Shown here: in pieces, positions 37,001 through 46,400 of the stretch
Position numbering within the stretch: the stretch's first letter is position 1
How the letters are laid out: each line of letters starts with the position of its first letter
Source of the DNA: a virus
Direction: 5' to 3' (one strand)
IMG/VR virus record: IMGVR_UViG_3300023184_000072
Coordinates: 1-64,000 of that record
Length of the DNA stretch: 64,000 bases
Program-made: the position numbers and the translations under genes
The notes under the pieces: model-generated
The model's input: the letters and a program-made list of their open reading frames with translations, nothing else
What the model was told of the DNA's origin: nothing
The model's database searches: none

Positions 37001-40000
37001 TTCCTGTTGTAGGAATAACAATTAAGTTTGCTTGGTTAGCAATAAGAGACTCATCAATTAATACATCACCAACATGGTTTTTTTCTTTAAGACCATTAGC
37101 ATCTTTTAATTCAATAGGAATACCATTTGATACAGAAAATTCAAATGTAGGAAACTCTGTAGCTCCTGCATTGAATAATGTTTTTCTATATTCACCCCAA
37201 GCTTTTGAGTAAGCTTCAGCTTCAGCTTGTTGGTCTTTTCTATATCTAGGATCACCTGATCTATTAAGTAAAGATGTTGTACGCATTGTTTGGAATATAA
37301 TCTTATTAAGATCAGTTCCTGGTTCACCCACTTTACCAATTCTCTCACCATTTTTGTTTACAAAGAATAAACCATCTACATCTTGTTCTACAAATACTTG
37401 TGCAACCCATCCAGAGTTAACATCATTAACTCCTTCAATAGAATCAATACTAGTAGAAGGATCTTTCTCATAAGACATCTGAACTATTCCATCAAGTTGT
37501 AATCCTTCAGCTTGTTTAGATGTAATTAATATAGATCTTAGTTTAGATCTATTAGGCATACCTGCAACATTGTTTAAAAACTCTCTTGAGTTTGTAATAA
37601 ATGGAGCAACTGCTACTGTAGGATTATCTTCTTCTGATGCTGATGAACTAGAAAGAAATAATATTGAAGCATCTGGAAGACGTGATTCTTTAACATTCTC
37701 TGCTGCTTCTGAATTAACTGAAGCAATAGTTCCTGACTTATGTTCAAGTTCTGTTTGTTCTTTAGCTATGTCTTCTTTATTCTTTTGTAATTTCTCTTGG
37801 TCTGTCTCAAGTTTTTTATATCCTGTTAATCTTTTTGGATCAATATTTAATATATCTCCATTAACATCTTCCACCTTAACTGTACCATTTTCATTAACAT
37901 TTAAAACTTTCACCTTAGATAAGTTAGTACTCTCATCAGTTAAGTCTTTAGCTTCTTCTTTAGCTTGTTCCTCAGTTTTATGAAAAGATATAGTTCCATC
38001 AGGAGCTGTCACTTGGTATCTACCATCAGCAATCTTTTTAATAGAAGCTTTCTTTGTAGCTCTCACTTCATAATCTCTACCTACTTCTAATTTTTCTTTT
38101 TGCTTATCTTTATTAACAAATGTAGGTTCAACTACATCTTTAGCATTTTCAGTTACAACTTCTTCTTTAGCAATATCTTCTGCTTGTTTGAAATATTTAT
38201 TAAATCCTTTTTCTGTAGCTAATTCATCAAATGCAACAGCAGCTTTTTTCTTATGTTCATTTAATTCATTTATACCAGCTCCATAATTATATAATTCTGT
38301 TGAATTTTCAAGACCTACAACATCATCTTTTGTACCATCTTGATTGTTTAATTCAAAGTTTAATAATGAATGAAATGTTTTTAAATCTAATTGTCCATTA
38401 TTTAAAGCTATTGTAATTTTTTCAGATGCTGTACGTAAAGCTTTAACTTGTTCTCTAGTAGCTTTTTTATCAGCAGGTGTAGTGTAATCAGTAATTGTAT
38501 TCATTAACTGATTAGCTTGCTCCTCATATGATTTAGATAGTTCTTGTAATGATTCTTTATTAGTAACATTAGCTAATGTACTATTAGTTACAAGAGGATT
38601 TACTGAAGATACTTTTTCTTGTATAGAATTAAGTCTTTCATTTACATCATCTTTTATTGTTCCATAATATGTAATGTCTTCTTTCCAATCTTCAAAAGTA
38701 GAATGGTTAAAAGCTTCAAGAGATTCTTCACCTGGTTTTGGATCTACAATATATCTAAATGGATTTTTAAATGTATTGTTGACAGCATTAGTTGTTTCTT
38801 TTATAGAATTAGCTTTGTTTATTAATGAGTCTACATACTCATTCACTGTATTCTTATTAGATGCATTGAAATCCATTCCAAAAGATTTTTGAAAATCTTC
38901 TTTAGTAAGATCTTTCAACATATTCAATTGTTCTATTGTAACATCATGCATCCCTGATGGAATACGTGATTGTACAAAATTAAAGAACATGTCATGTTTA
39001 AGATTTTTATATTTAAATACATTTCCAGTTGCAGCAGCATCTTTCATTTCTTTTGCTATAGCTGAAGAACTTAATGTATTATCATATTTATTAGAAAGAA
39101 TACCTGTCATTCCATATCTATTAAGAATGTTTATAGAAGAATTTAATCTTTTATCTTGACCGTTTCCTTTTTTATAATCATAAAATTGTTTAGCTCCTCC
39201 AGTTAATACAGCAGTAAGTCCACCAATAATCATATTATCAATACCTTCTGTTGTATTAAATTGTTGAGAAAGTCCATAAGTGGTTGAGCTCATTGCTTCA
39301 CTTAACCATTTACCATTCTCATAGTTTTTTTTATTATTTGGATCTTTATACTTTCTTGTATAATAATCATATGTTCCTTTCTCAGCAGCAAACTGTCCAC
39401 CTTCTTGATATACACCTTCAGATAATACATCAGCTAATTTAGGTTTAACAAAATCCCAAACTTTATTACCAACACCTGTAACAGCTTTCTTTTCAAATGT
39501 ATCAAGACTTCCTTCTTTAAGAGTTATTTTACCAGCTTCTTCAAGTTTTTTTGTAAGACTTCCTTGAATTCCTTTTTCTGCTGTTGTAAAAGATTTAAAT
39601 AAGTTATCAAACTGTATAGCATTTGATACAGTTAAAAGAGCCATGTTAATACCAAATCTAGTATTCATTGCATTAGTAGCATAGTCTTCTATTTCTTTAG
39701 ATGCTTCTGCTGTTAACTCTTCACCTGGATGATCTAATTCATATTGTTTTAATAATTCTTCTTTAACTTGTCTATATCCATCTCTACCTTCAACACCAGC
39801 TTCTGTCATAGAAGAACCTATAAGTCCTGCACCATATCTAAAACTATTTGTTAGTTTTGTATAAGCAGCTCCTTGTGCAAGTTTTTCAGCAGATAATAAA
39901 CTTTTTCCAACAACACCAGCTTCATTAGCTATGTCTAGCACTTTATCTACTTCATTAGATCCAGCAAATATTTTGTTTAAATATAAAGCAGCTTTACCTA

Positions 40001-40721
40001 TTTGTGCACCTATTAATGGAAGTTCTCCTATACCTTCTGTTATTGCTCCTATAGCAAGATCTTGTGCAGCTGCTCCTAACATAGCTCCTCCCATAAACCC
40101 AAGATTTTTAATAACAGATTCTCCCCAGAAGTTTGCTGATCCAGCAAATCCAGGAATCATTGCTAAATGAGGATGTTCTTTTTCATATCTTGTGTAATAG
40201 TTTGGAAAAACATTTTCCATGTTTTTTATCCAATTATCTATACTACCTTCATATCCATTTGGATCTCCAGATAGTTTTGAAAAATCTGCATTCTTTGCAG
40301 CTATATAAGTATTAGGAACATTAGAAAGCGATTGTGCAAATGTACCTACAGCTGTTACTCCTGCTTTAACAAGACTATGTCCTAGTTGAGAGAAAGCATT
40401 TTGTTGTAATCCATATACATTCTCAAGATCTTTATCTCTTTGAAACAATGGATACTTTTGATTTTCAATTAACTCTCCTCTTGTAACTACACCCATAGGT
40501 GAACTAAATGTAGGAGTTTTAATTGGAGCATTTGCAAGACTTGAAATTTCTTCAATACTGTTTCCTTTTCTACTAATTGTATTAGCTCCTAAATCTCCTC
40601 CAATAACAGGATTAAGACTTACATCAACTTCTCTTGTAGCAAGAGATGTTAGATCTGGTCTTCTTGGTGCTTCACCTCTATTAGAAACATTATCTATAAG
40701 TTCATTGTCAAAAATTGGCAT
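28053..40721 (-). CDS. Virion-packaged DNA-dependent RNA polymerase, crAss-like, multidomain (4222 aa)
   Basis: Catalytic GSDFDIDKL (DFDID at 30696-30710) preceded by GFRIPTQ; HEIGH zincin motif at 35433-35447; ART-like insert at about 34550-35100. Confidence 0.9.
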   Translation of the reverse strand: MPIFDNELIDNVSNRGEAPRRPDLTSLATREVDVSLNPVIGGDLGANTISRKGNSIEEISSLANAPIKTPTFSSPMGVVTRGELIENQKYPLFQRDKDLENVYGLQQNAFSQLGHSLVKAGVTAVGTFAQSLSNVPNTYIAAKNADFSKLSGDPNGYEGSIDNWIKNMENVFPNYYTRYEKEHPHLAMIPGFAGSANFWGESVIKNLGFMGGAMLGAAAQDLAIGAITEGIGELPLIGAQIGKAALYLNKIFAGSNEVDKVLDIANEAGVVGKSLLSAEKLAQGAAYTKLTNSFRYGAGLIGSSMTEAGVEGRDGYRQVKEELLKQYELDHPGEELTAEASKEIEDYATNAMNTRFGINMALLTVSNAIQFDNLFKSFTTAEKGIQGSLTKKLEEAGKITLKEGSLDTFEKKAVTGVGNKVWDFVKPKLADVLSEGVYQEGGQFAAEKGTYDYYTRKYKDPNNKKNYENGKWLSEAMSSTTYGLSQQFNTTEGIDNMIIGGLTAVLTGGAKQFYDYKKGNGQDKRLNSSINILNRYGMTGILSNKYDNTLSSSAIAKEMKDAAATGNVFKYKNLKHDMFFNFVQSRIPSGMHDVTIEQLNMLKDLTKEDFQKSFGMDFNASNKNTVNEYVDSLINKANSIKETTNAVNNTFKNPFRYIVDPKPGEESLEAFNHSTFEDWKEDITYYGTIKDDVNERLNSIQEKVSSVNPLVTNSTLANVTNKESLQELSKSYEEQANQLMNTITDYTTPADKKATREQVKALRTASEKITIALNNGQLDLKTFHSLLNFELNNQDGTKDDVVGLENSTELYNYGAGINELNEHKKKAAVAFDELATEKGFNKYFKQAEDIAKEEVVTENAKDVVEPTFVNKDKQKEKLEVGRDYEVRATKKASIKKIADGRYQVTAPDGTISFHKTEEQAKEEAKDLTDESTNLSKVKVLNVNENGTVKVEDVNGDILNIDPKRLTGYKKLETDQEKLQKNKEDIAKEQTELEHKSGTIASVNSEAAENVKESRLPDASILFLSSSSASEEDNPTVAVAPFITNSREFLNNVAGMPNRSKLRSILITSKQAEGLQLDGIVQMSYEKDPSTSIDSIEGVNDVNSGWVAQVFVEQDVDGLFFVNKNGERIGKVGEPGTDLNKIIFQTMRTTSLLNRSGDPRYRKDQQAEAEAYSKAWGEYRKTLFNAGATEFPTFEFSVSNGIPIELKDANGLKEKNHVGDVLIDESLIANQANLIVIPTTGTIVNSKGEIQKTPPGVPVLQYGDTIAFLNNRTFNDREAAGTYEVIKRLANTAVEQANTGQRVTLNRQFTTFLQNVLYWKSKDDTTSPNQIRIDIESMSLKLGNKSYPLSDIAQHEADIKEHLTEKAFISVNNKTLTDFAQAPFEEWYINKDGQFTSSKWTNYQTFLLAKTYPSGKARPSGDTPLSTSIAKPIPGRPYSFKQRYSTIAEPDSFNVQIITPVQKAKEEAPAGVEVPTLGEYVIDGTTSNPYIIDAGPVQFTAIEDADSNFNVEVESNETTAKLFADKPTFEKIKGALKAANRFDASIPLEEEEKYITDYLALRISAELDKLKAAAPAQEAPVAEEVVEEVSDIDDKKADIEKRRQEELKDKLTNFKKGSPAASISFEQSLDLLKANSYSVIDRIHQFNEGIATKFINLFNEINAKYDAEQAALETPTEKPVVPVQKKPGGDFRKVGLDENERMTEAELELFKEWHAENVPNIPFEVLENLIDTYDGEKAWGAFEDGVAKFVRGGLRGTEYHEIGHAIFKGMLSPEEQRALLDEFKSKSGTFTDRASRKKIAYADATDLQAEERIMDDFSEFRKGKLPARSLGEKVRRFFKAIMDFFKSFVVKPSLKEEFFKAIESGKFKERTLATPVVKEGVQEIFDSSPELTNIGTPQQYSQYIDSIFPDSQVKDIVYHANPSGEKILPNTRKEKFITNISAYLGGFFAKNEKDARDYGEDYEGNFYKANSYLINIPKISTRIDFESHNNLIDDLTIEGETPKSVESYARDLRKKFEGSGNGIIVEDYYGNDSEYIVFEPEQIHILGGKQDVEGFKNFVNNNPFSEYSRVSQLTAQQANNFVQDMTARAAGILFREGDKSLLFNPERITGTEMFGKIEDMLIEEGRRQLLSDKTWEDLKQEVRDQLRTRGINFNDEDVQSINNEESNKNDYAAEPFTLDTKKNSAPAVKFLCSTVIEREPSNQESAITLSTPLKNKYSKMTIEGNEIEGYKLLNFSRVFSTLLDKLSNTSSVGAFTNKLFNLAQDDSNYVSVFQKVGGKDKVVPFGEFNDNDWRLFVQFIQTFARQKPNALIQYKSADSVHTGAANLFTATQQTEKEWMTNIQTLAKGDGTIVKYINNKYVIDQDALKDMPIRKPKAMIAMLNAIGVTFDYDTYVKLKPSDKVGKNSFTDQVESIYGYFGSNNDLMSISGKTLDIGGPLSTLAELYNKVNNPSQESTYFGVEGQRIGAFSENNTPSVFENEFNESATIDQLKQSRPELNDVFSTGSQVLKKGGLFYDKDGNKIKDFKVSVIQGEENQDDDKGTSTSKLTIGDRFTMEINQNLNGKYYILIPADGSTEWMMNIGNNVSFDSIARNSYTDVNSIFKGYLMDDINLALDYTNREKLNNVGNLQKIEQLNKEFAALFTKKNKTEEDRKKLSDLAEEIDEIVNRPKQLRFFKDILAPKNLEAINEMIEDGRTLEEITAYVNDNISDINNSVKEFIDTMVVDTTNVLKANDKINPVGKDTYAYQDLDDNFLKAESLKKNSLSADDINHIITYANVNYIIANIEYHKILFGDPYQFAVKKGGALDETKRIKSFLSPRRTTFDSAEYNTYLNNNINNADGIKLTENDPGYHLHKSHTNTITVKDVITAGSLSAINSLYSKTNEADAVSWLMDTTHREIKLKNGQWDLQGPEEKWFQWEMAFTRQNLPGYEYTSEALRAHDVKLMETPRPKYTTEILKPIVSGNKFNKNNFDLILDKFSQVPIYYSMVKGTNLEKLYVQMKNQNIGYAIVESGRKVGAQELHSLYNGDGSFNTEAFSDESIVQVPWKAYGIQVETASSDNKSQTRGSQITKIASIDLFDNGIPTSPRAAEEYKRNTDILNAMHQNAYNELLNRLGIEDLGNGFVMKDGKSVSETLMREMMRREVSTNTKQTIKLNDENQFMIPFEASPSYVQIRSIVYSMIDKAIVSPKMNGGAHVQMPATMLESFTKGRSIVMKNKEGIWEKITKEKYETLTDEEKAGVMLTDESLKFYTKEQPYCEVLLPHWFKDKFKNKFKTDNELLKYLNGTEEGRSILSGIGFRIPTQALSSAEVFRVKGFLPQYMGATVVVPSEITTKAGSDFDIDKLNMYLKSVYVDRTGNIKLVRLQGDEQNTKDFYGKVFDDTLGVKQMKKADLIEALDIVVYGLEDPKGLLNIYGDYIKAKEEQYENPYEFRELIEKDLNKLTDKNLQAELRIEYVKDMYKKALENEYYDSLEKLITLPENFERLVSPVDDAGLKDAAGELDKLRGIDENKIPNRILNRNYMTNLRNSFLMGKRWVGVVAVNITNLSLRQKIQAYIDPAKFDGLSKEDQELLGDGSIVLKHNTTKVNGVDRISLGGTRTADGTNQLISNRLSGYATAVVDVAKDDFITRIIQSNLVIGTFMFLENIGAGEQSIYFLNQPIISEYLRIVNANNSSNLFYEDNINYAKSLFPSTQEEIDNANINVDGLKGNISKYAASKFNTKENGEQQAILKEFLKYAKMAEFNFDFTQATNYDTSRFGSGDMFARKELQTQKANDINIISSAKEILDNTFLGNQAKLLSASMQAMGAIFKLEQDNLRIITEDIMKTYAKNKYLSIDNFNKISNKAKMAFLDYIIQTKTGINSRTENLLVNAKTSVANRLEIAKQKYPDLQILKDLQVVPSERENGAKSVELRANIKDAYDEDLYTDMMRELRDYNADTKVLYRHLIALSILQGSYQSAISIKNIIPIEDYSTIVAPVVNSISSDETLKAFADGMFQRNNFNDALIMPRVTPFFKPKSVDYAAEILGLPSTTGYYSPSFPKIDSMNLQSIDRQVLVIGDKYNQKAMNSDYVAVPRVVKLKSGVRVDVLTGNTVTGANYAARKKKGDYSLNDVLGYKRVFLSTGEPLRILDKKGFPQSVYKLVNLYGDGNRATENYTDFRPSVIDNGTLKTTRELNDADIVSFYGGEIQEEVVSLPTEILTKSNTTDIVNALKENNIIDKNCKS

Positions 40722-40723
40722 AT

Positions 40724-43333
40724 CTATTGTTTTAATGTATAATTAACTGCATCCATCCCAATACCATTAATAGCATCTTGAATAGACTCTTCTCCTATAT
40801 ATCCTTGTTGGTTCACAACTGTGTTGTGCCATATCTTTCCATCAAATGCATATAATCTAATTTGGTAACTATCAGTTTTTCCTCCACGATTACTACTAGC
40901 TCCTTCAACATCATATCTTACATTTTTAGCTTGTGTTGTTCCATTTAATAAAGGAATATTATATCCTGTATATTGAGCTCCAATAGCATCTCCTCTTTTA
41001 TTAATATTTGTTGTTTTTCCTGGAGAAGCCATTATCATAGATTTAATTTGTGTAACAGGATTTGTTGCAGCATATCTAGGATAGTAAGCTTGAAAGGTTT
41101 GTGCACTCATTGGTATAATCTGTCTTTCTGTACCTTTTTGAATAACTAGTTCTCCAGACCCATCATAGTTTTTAACTATCTGATAATCTAATACAGTTTT
41201 AGGATCTTCTCTCCATTTTTGAACAGTGTCAGGATCATAATCTTTTGTTTTATTAAGATCTAATATACCAAGTTCTGGATTCATAGAATCAGAAATCAAT
41301 GCATCTGTATGTTGCATATCTACTTCATTCTTTTTATTTAATGATCCAGCCATTGTCATGTTCTCAGGCATGTGAGCATTTAAATATTTAGATTCAGCAT
41401 CAAGTTTTCTTTTATTCATAGATGATGCAACGTTATCAAATTGAGAATGTATTACCTTTGCTCTATCAACTATTAATTTTTCACTATATGACATTGGTTG
41501 ATTATGAAAATATTTAACAAGTGCTCTAGCTACATTTTCATTTTTAGTTCCTTTAAATCTATTTATAAGATTATTTTCATTTAATGTAACTGCTGGAACA
41601 GCACCTGGTCTAACTGAAACTCCTGTTGATTTAATTGAATTTTGATATTGTTTCATTACAGAGAATAAATCTTTTGAACTATACATCTCTTTACCATTCT
41701 TATCTACAACTCCTCCAAACTGTTTGAATGTTTTATCTAACTCAGCATCTATATTTGTTGTAAAACTTTTAGCACCTTTTAATAAATTATAATTATGTAG
41801 GTTGTCATGATCAAGTTGTCTTCTTTGTGTAAGGTAAACTCTTAAGTCATTATCTTTTAAATTAAGACTGCTTGGATCTTGATCATACTTAGAAGCAAGA
41901 TCGTCTAATGTATCTTTTGTATATCCTTTGTTTGATCTAATAAATTCAGAATCCAATAAACTAATTTGATACTTATTTGAATTAATTTTATTATTTATAT
42001 CAACAACTGTTGTATTAGGAACATCTGTTTTTTGTGCACCTTCATGAGTAATAGGTTCTGCTCCTAATTTCTCTTTTTCCTTTTCTGCTCTTTCTAAAGC
42101 TTTATCCTGTCTTTCAGTTTTCCATTTAAGAAGATCAAATGCATGATCTGCATTCCATTCATTAATTCTAGTGTTTTCTTTATTAACATCAAACTGAAAC
42201 TTCTTTTTTTCCATAGCTGCTTGAGCATATGGATTATTCATAAGTTCTTCTGTATAGGATTCTGTTGATTTATCTTGAGCAAGATTAGTTAAATACTTTT
42301 GTGTATAAACTTTAGTTTTATATTGTTCTACTACATCAGGATTATTTAATGCTTCTAAAGAAGCTTGTAATTCTTTTTCAGCAGCACCACTTTCTATTTT
42401 TGAATTAATATCATTTAACTTAGCTTGTAGTAAAGCTTTATCAGCATCTGGTAATTTTGGACTTCTTAATGCAACATTTAATTCTGTTGCGTATTGTGTA
42501 ATTTGTTTTTTCTGAAGTTCAAATGTATTAACTAAATCTTGTTTTATAGAATCTGCAGATTTGTTTCTATAGTGATAGTCAGCATCAATAGCTAATTGCT
42601 GTTGATCATTTTCTGTTGTAGTATCATAAAATGTATTAAGGATAGTTTTAGCAGATTTACCTTTAGTAGTAATTCTTTTCATTGCATCATCATATTGTGC
42701 TACTCCTTTTGTAGGATCTAATGAAGCATTACCCTTAGCATCAAAATATAATGTCTTACCCTCAGAGTTTGTTTTATATGGTTGATCATAACTATATTCA
42801 ATAGCTTCTACATCTTTTGCAACATCACCATATTTTTTTGAAAGGTCTGTGTATGGGACATATTTTCCTGTAAAACTAGCATTAAGATCTTTATTATTTA
42901 CATAACTACTAACTTGTTTATTTAAATAAAGTTCATTTTGTGGAGATGACTTTCCTTCTTTTCTAGCTGTTTCTAAAAGAGATTGTTCTTTTCTAACTTT
43001 AGCTGTAGAAGATACAGCATTTAAAATATGTTTATCTTTAGTAATTTGATTAGTCATTCCATTAACAGAATTAACAAGTTGGAAGTCTGAAAAATCTCCA
43101 GCTCCAACCCATCTTAAATCGTTACCAAGTTGATTAAGTTTAGATTGAAGATATTTTTGTTGAGTACCATTTGCAATATCTAATCCTGCAACATTATCAA
43201 TATTTGATTGTATCTTTTCTATACCTTGTTCATACTTCTGTTGTTTGTCCATACCGACTTTCAACATAAGATCATTTGGGATCTCTGATACGTAAGGAGC
43301 AAATTGTGGTATAGAATCAGTGAATGAGGCCAT
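40724..43333 (-). CDS. Putative ejected/cargo virion protein, 869 aa
   Basis: Helical protein directly upstream of the virion RNAP gene; PYV..P...M.K.G..KQ.KYE.G N-terminus recalled for this position in crAss-like genomes. Confidence 0.55.
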   Translation of the reverse strand: MASFTDSIPQFAPYVSEIPNDLMLKVGMDKQQKYEQGIEKIQSNIDNVAGLDIANGTQQKYLQSKLNQLGNDLRWVGAGDFSDFQLVNSVNGMTNQITKDKHILNAVSSTAKVRKEQSLLETARKEGKSSPQNELYLNKQVSSYVNNKDLNASFTGKYVPYTDLSKKYGDVAKDVEAIEYSYDQPYKTNSEGKTLYFDAKGNASLDPTKGVAQYDDAMKRITTKGKSAKTILNTFYDTTTENDQQQLAIDADYHYRNKSADSIKQDLVNTFELQKKQITQYATELNVALRSPKLPDADKALLQAKLNDINSKIESGAAEKELQASLEALNNPDVVEQYKTKVYTQKYLTNLAQDKSTESYTEELMNNPYAQAAMEKKKFQFDVNKENTRINEWNADHAFDLLKWKTERQDKALERAEKEKEKLGAEPITHEGAQKTDVPNTTVVDINNKINSNKYQISLLDSEFIRSNKGYTKDTLDDLASKYDQDPSSLNLKDNDLRVYLTQRRQLDHDNLHNYNLLKGAKSFTTNIDAELDKTFKQFGGVVDKNGKEMYSSKDLFSVMKQYQNSIKSTGVSVRPGAVPAVTLNENNLINRFKGTKNENVARALVKYFHNQPMSYSEKLIVDRAKVIHSQFDNVASSMNKRKLDAESKYLNAHMPENMTMAGSLNKKNEVDMQHTDALISDSMNPELGILDLNKTKDYDPDTVQKWREDPKTVLDYQIVKNYDGSGELVIQKGTERQIIPMSAQTFQAYYPRYAATNPVTQIKSMIMASPGKTTNINKRGDAIGAQYTGYNIPLLNGTTQAKNVRYDVEGASSNRGGKTDSYQIRLYAFDGKIWHNTVVNQQGYIGEESIQDAINGIGMDAVNYTLKQ

Positions 43334-43369
43334 ATTCTTTTATTTTATTATGTACTATGTACATGTTAG

Positions 43370-43400
43370 CAAATTTAATGTAAATTATTATATATACAAA
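43370..43400 (-). promoter_or_regulatory. Consensus Bacteroidota promoter upstream of the cargo/RNAP genes
   Basis: TTTG (43397-43400), 19-nt spacer, TAAATTTG (43370-43377): exact match to TTTG-N19-TAnnTTTG. Confidence 0.7.
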
Positions 43401-43431
43401 CTTTTATAGTTAATTAAAATAACTAAGAAAG

Positions 43432-46400
43432 TTATAGATTTTTAAAAGCTTTAACTATGTTACTATTTAAGTTTTTATTCTTAATAGTTTTTCCATCTCT
43501 AGCAGTACTCTTTTTTCCTTTAGAGTGTACACCTATAATATTTCCTTCAGAATCATATGAGAATTCTTTACCAGCTGCAAGTCCTTTACCTTTAGTACCA
43601 GATGCTACACCTTTTCCTGTTGTATCAAAATCTATATATCTAGGAAGTTTAATAATTCTACCATCAGGACCAAATGTATAATCTGGATGTTCAGCCATTC
43701 CAATATTATACTCCATGTTCTCTTTTTTGTTAGCAGCTTCTTTAGCATATAATGATGTTAATGCAGCTTCTGTAGTAGCTTTAGTATTAGATTTAGCTTG
43801 TGCTAGTTTATTAGCTGCATCCATATCTATTCCTAAGTTTCTAGCTCTATCTTGATTAACAGTGTTTATGTTATCATTATATACTCCTTGGTATCCTTGT
43901 TGGTTAATCTCAAATTCTTTAGAACCTATTTGATTCATAGCATCTGCTACACTAGCCATTATAGCTGATTGTGCTGCAGGATTATTTCCAGAATTCTTTA
44001 CAGCTTCTCTAGCTTGAGAAAGAACTGCATTTCTATCCTTATCTGCAGAATATTTATATGGGGTTTTTAACATAGAATACATATGATTTTCAGCTAATCC
44101 TTCAACTTGATTATTTGCAAGAGCATATAACTCAGGATTGATTTGATTACCTAATGGCATATTGAATGCAGGATACAATCCTCTAATTAAACTACTAGCT
44201 GCAGATGCCCAAGGAAATCCTTTCTTAGGAGTTTCTTCTATTGCTTCAAGTTCAGTAGCAGCTGGTTTAGTTGGTGTTGGAGTGATAGTTGGTGCTACTG
44301 CAGGTGTTGCATTTTTATCAATAATAGAATTTAATATTGTATGATAAGGTCCCACTTTTTTATCAGAAGCTAATTCATAAGCTTTAGCTATTTTTCCTGA
44401 CATAGTTTTTTCTTTATTTAAAACAGCTTTGACATCTTCTGCATCTTGTCCAGAATAGTTTTCAAGATCACTTATTAATTGTTTAGCTATTGTAGGATCA
44501 GAAAATGCTTTATCTCTTTTAGGTCCCCATTGTGTTTCATAATTTGAACCTTTAAAAATATCTCCTGCTGTATCTGGTGCATTATAATCTATTGAACCAG
44601 GAAGAGTTCCTTTTACTGCATATGTACCATCTTGAGCTTTTATTGTTTTACCATTTTTAGCAACTTGAGAAAGTTCTCCTTTAGCTAATGTATGACTCAC
44701 TTCTCCATTCTTAGCAAACTTCTCTTGAGAAACTTCTTTACCTAATAGGTTAGTTAAAAAATCAGTTGTTTGATGAATATGATCTTGGTAAGCAGCAAGA
44801 TTTTCTTTGTCTTTTGCTAGTTGTTTTAATTTCATATTAAGTCCTAGTGTTTGCACTTCTTTTGTTTTATCTCCTAATGCTCCTATTGCTGTATTAGATT
44901 TAGGAACATCACTTGTTATTTTTTCTAACTCACCTGTATATTTTTTTTCTTGAGGAACAATTATATTATTTACAACATGTTTAACTTTTTTGTTAGCATA
45001 TTTTTCAGGTAATTGGAATTGTTCTAACAAATCTTTATTAGTATTAAGATTACCATATACAACAGCACCATCATTTGTTATAGAAATAGGTTCATTAGTT
45101 TCTATTTCTACATCTGGTTCATCTCCCATGTCTCCACCATCTTTCATTATAGAAAGTCCTATACCTGTTCTTCCTTGTTCATCTTTTTGGAAATGAGAAT
45201 TACCATATGCATTATATGTAAGTCCTTCTCCTTCTGAATAAGGATTGTATGATACAGGTTTTACACCTTCCCCTCCAGGAAGATTTCCACCCCAATGAGT
45301 TTTTAATTCTCCACCATCAGCATAAGTTTCCATAGCTCTTTCACTTGGAGGAGTGTATTCTTTTAAATGTCCACCAGCTCTATATTTATGTGCATAGTCA
45401 GCAAAGTCTTCTGCAGTGTGATCACCAAACATTGCAATCACTTGAGGATTCCAATCATTACTAACCCAACCACCTTCTTTTCTAACACTTCCAAATTGTC
45501 CCATATTTTTCCACATAGAATTATCCATTATTCTTTGTTGTGTGTTAGCATTGCTTTGAGTTAATTTATTTATTTTTCCAGCATCACCAAATGCTTGATC
45601 AAGTCCTCCTCCTACTAATTGTAAAGCTAATCCTGCTCCTGGGAATGCCATATCTGCTAATGGAGCAAGTGCTCCTGCTGCTTGAAAACCAGCATTATTA
45701 TTATATCCAGCTCCTATTAAATTACTACCTAAACTATTGATAGGTCCCATTATATCCATTCCACCACCAGCTGCTCCTTCAAGATCTCCACCATCAGCAT
45801 ATTGTTTAACTTGATCAAGATCATCATATAATGTACCAGGAGCAAATGTATTAGAAATTTCTCCACCATCTTTATACATAACAAAGTTAGGAGTGAATGG
45901 TTGATTTAACATTCTAGGTGCAGCTTGTCCTAATTGTTTAGCTCCTTGTCCTAAATATCCTGCAGCTCTAGATCCTGCACCTTCTCCAATAGCAGTAGGA
46001 AATGCTTCATAAGAAACTTCAGGTAAACCTGATAATAATGTAGCAGCATTTAATGCAGCTTTAGGAGTAAGTTTTAATCCTTTCTTAATATGACTAAGGA
46101 TTCTTTGTTTATCTGTTTTGTTTGGATTATATCTATTAGCCATAACTTCTTTTCTGAATGCTTCAGAAGTTTCATCTTCTCTAGTTCCACTAGGATTAAG
46201 CACACTCTTAAAATCTCCAAATGCTTTACTAGGATGAGCCATGTAATATAAAGGTCTTTCTCCTAATAAATAATCATCATATTCTGCTTGAGATCTTTTA
46301 GCTTCTTCTTCTCTTTGTGTTTGATTTCTTTTATCAGTAGATAACATTGCATCACTACCCTTGTATTTAGGTTTACCTTTAAAGAAGTCTTCATAAGATT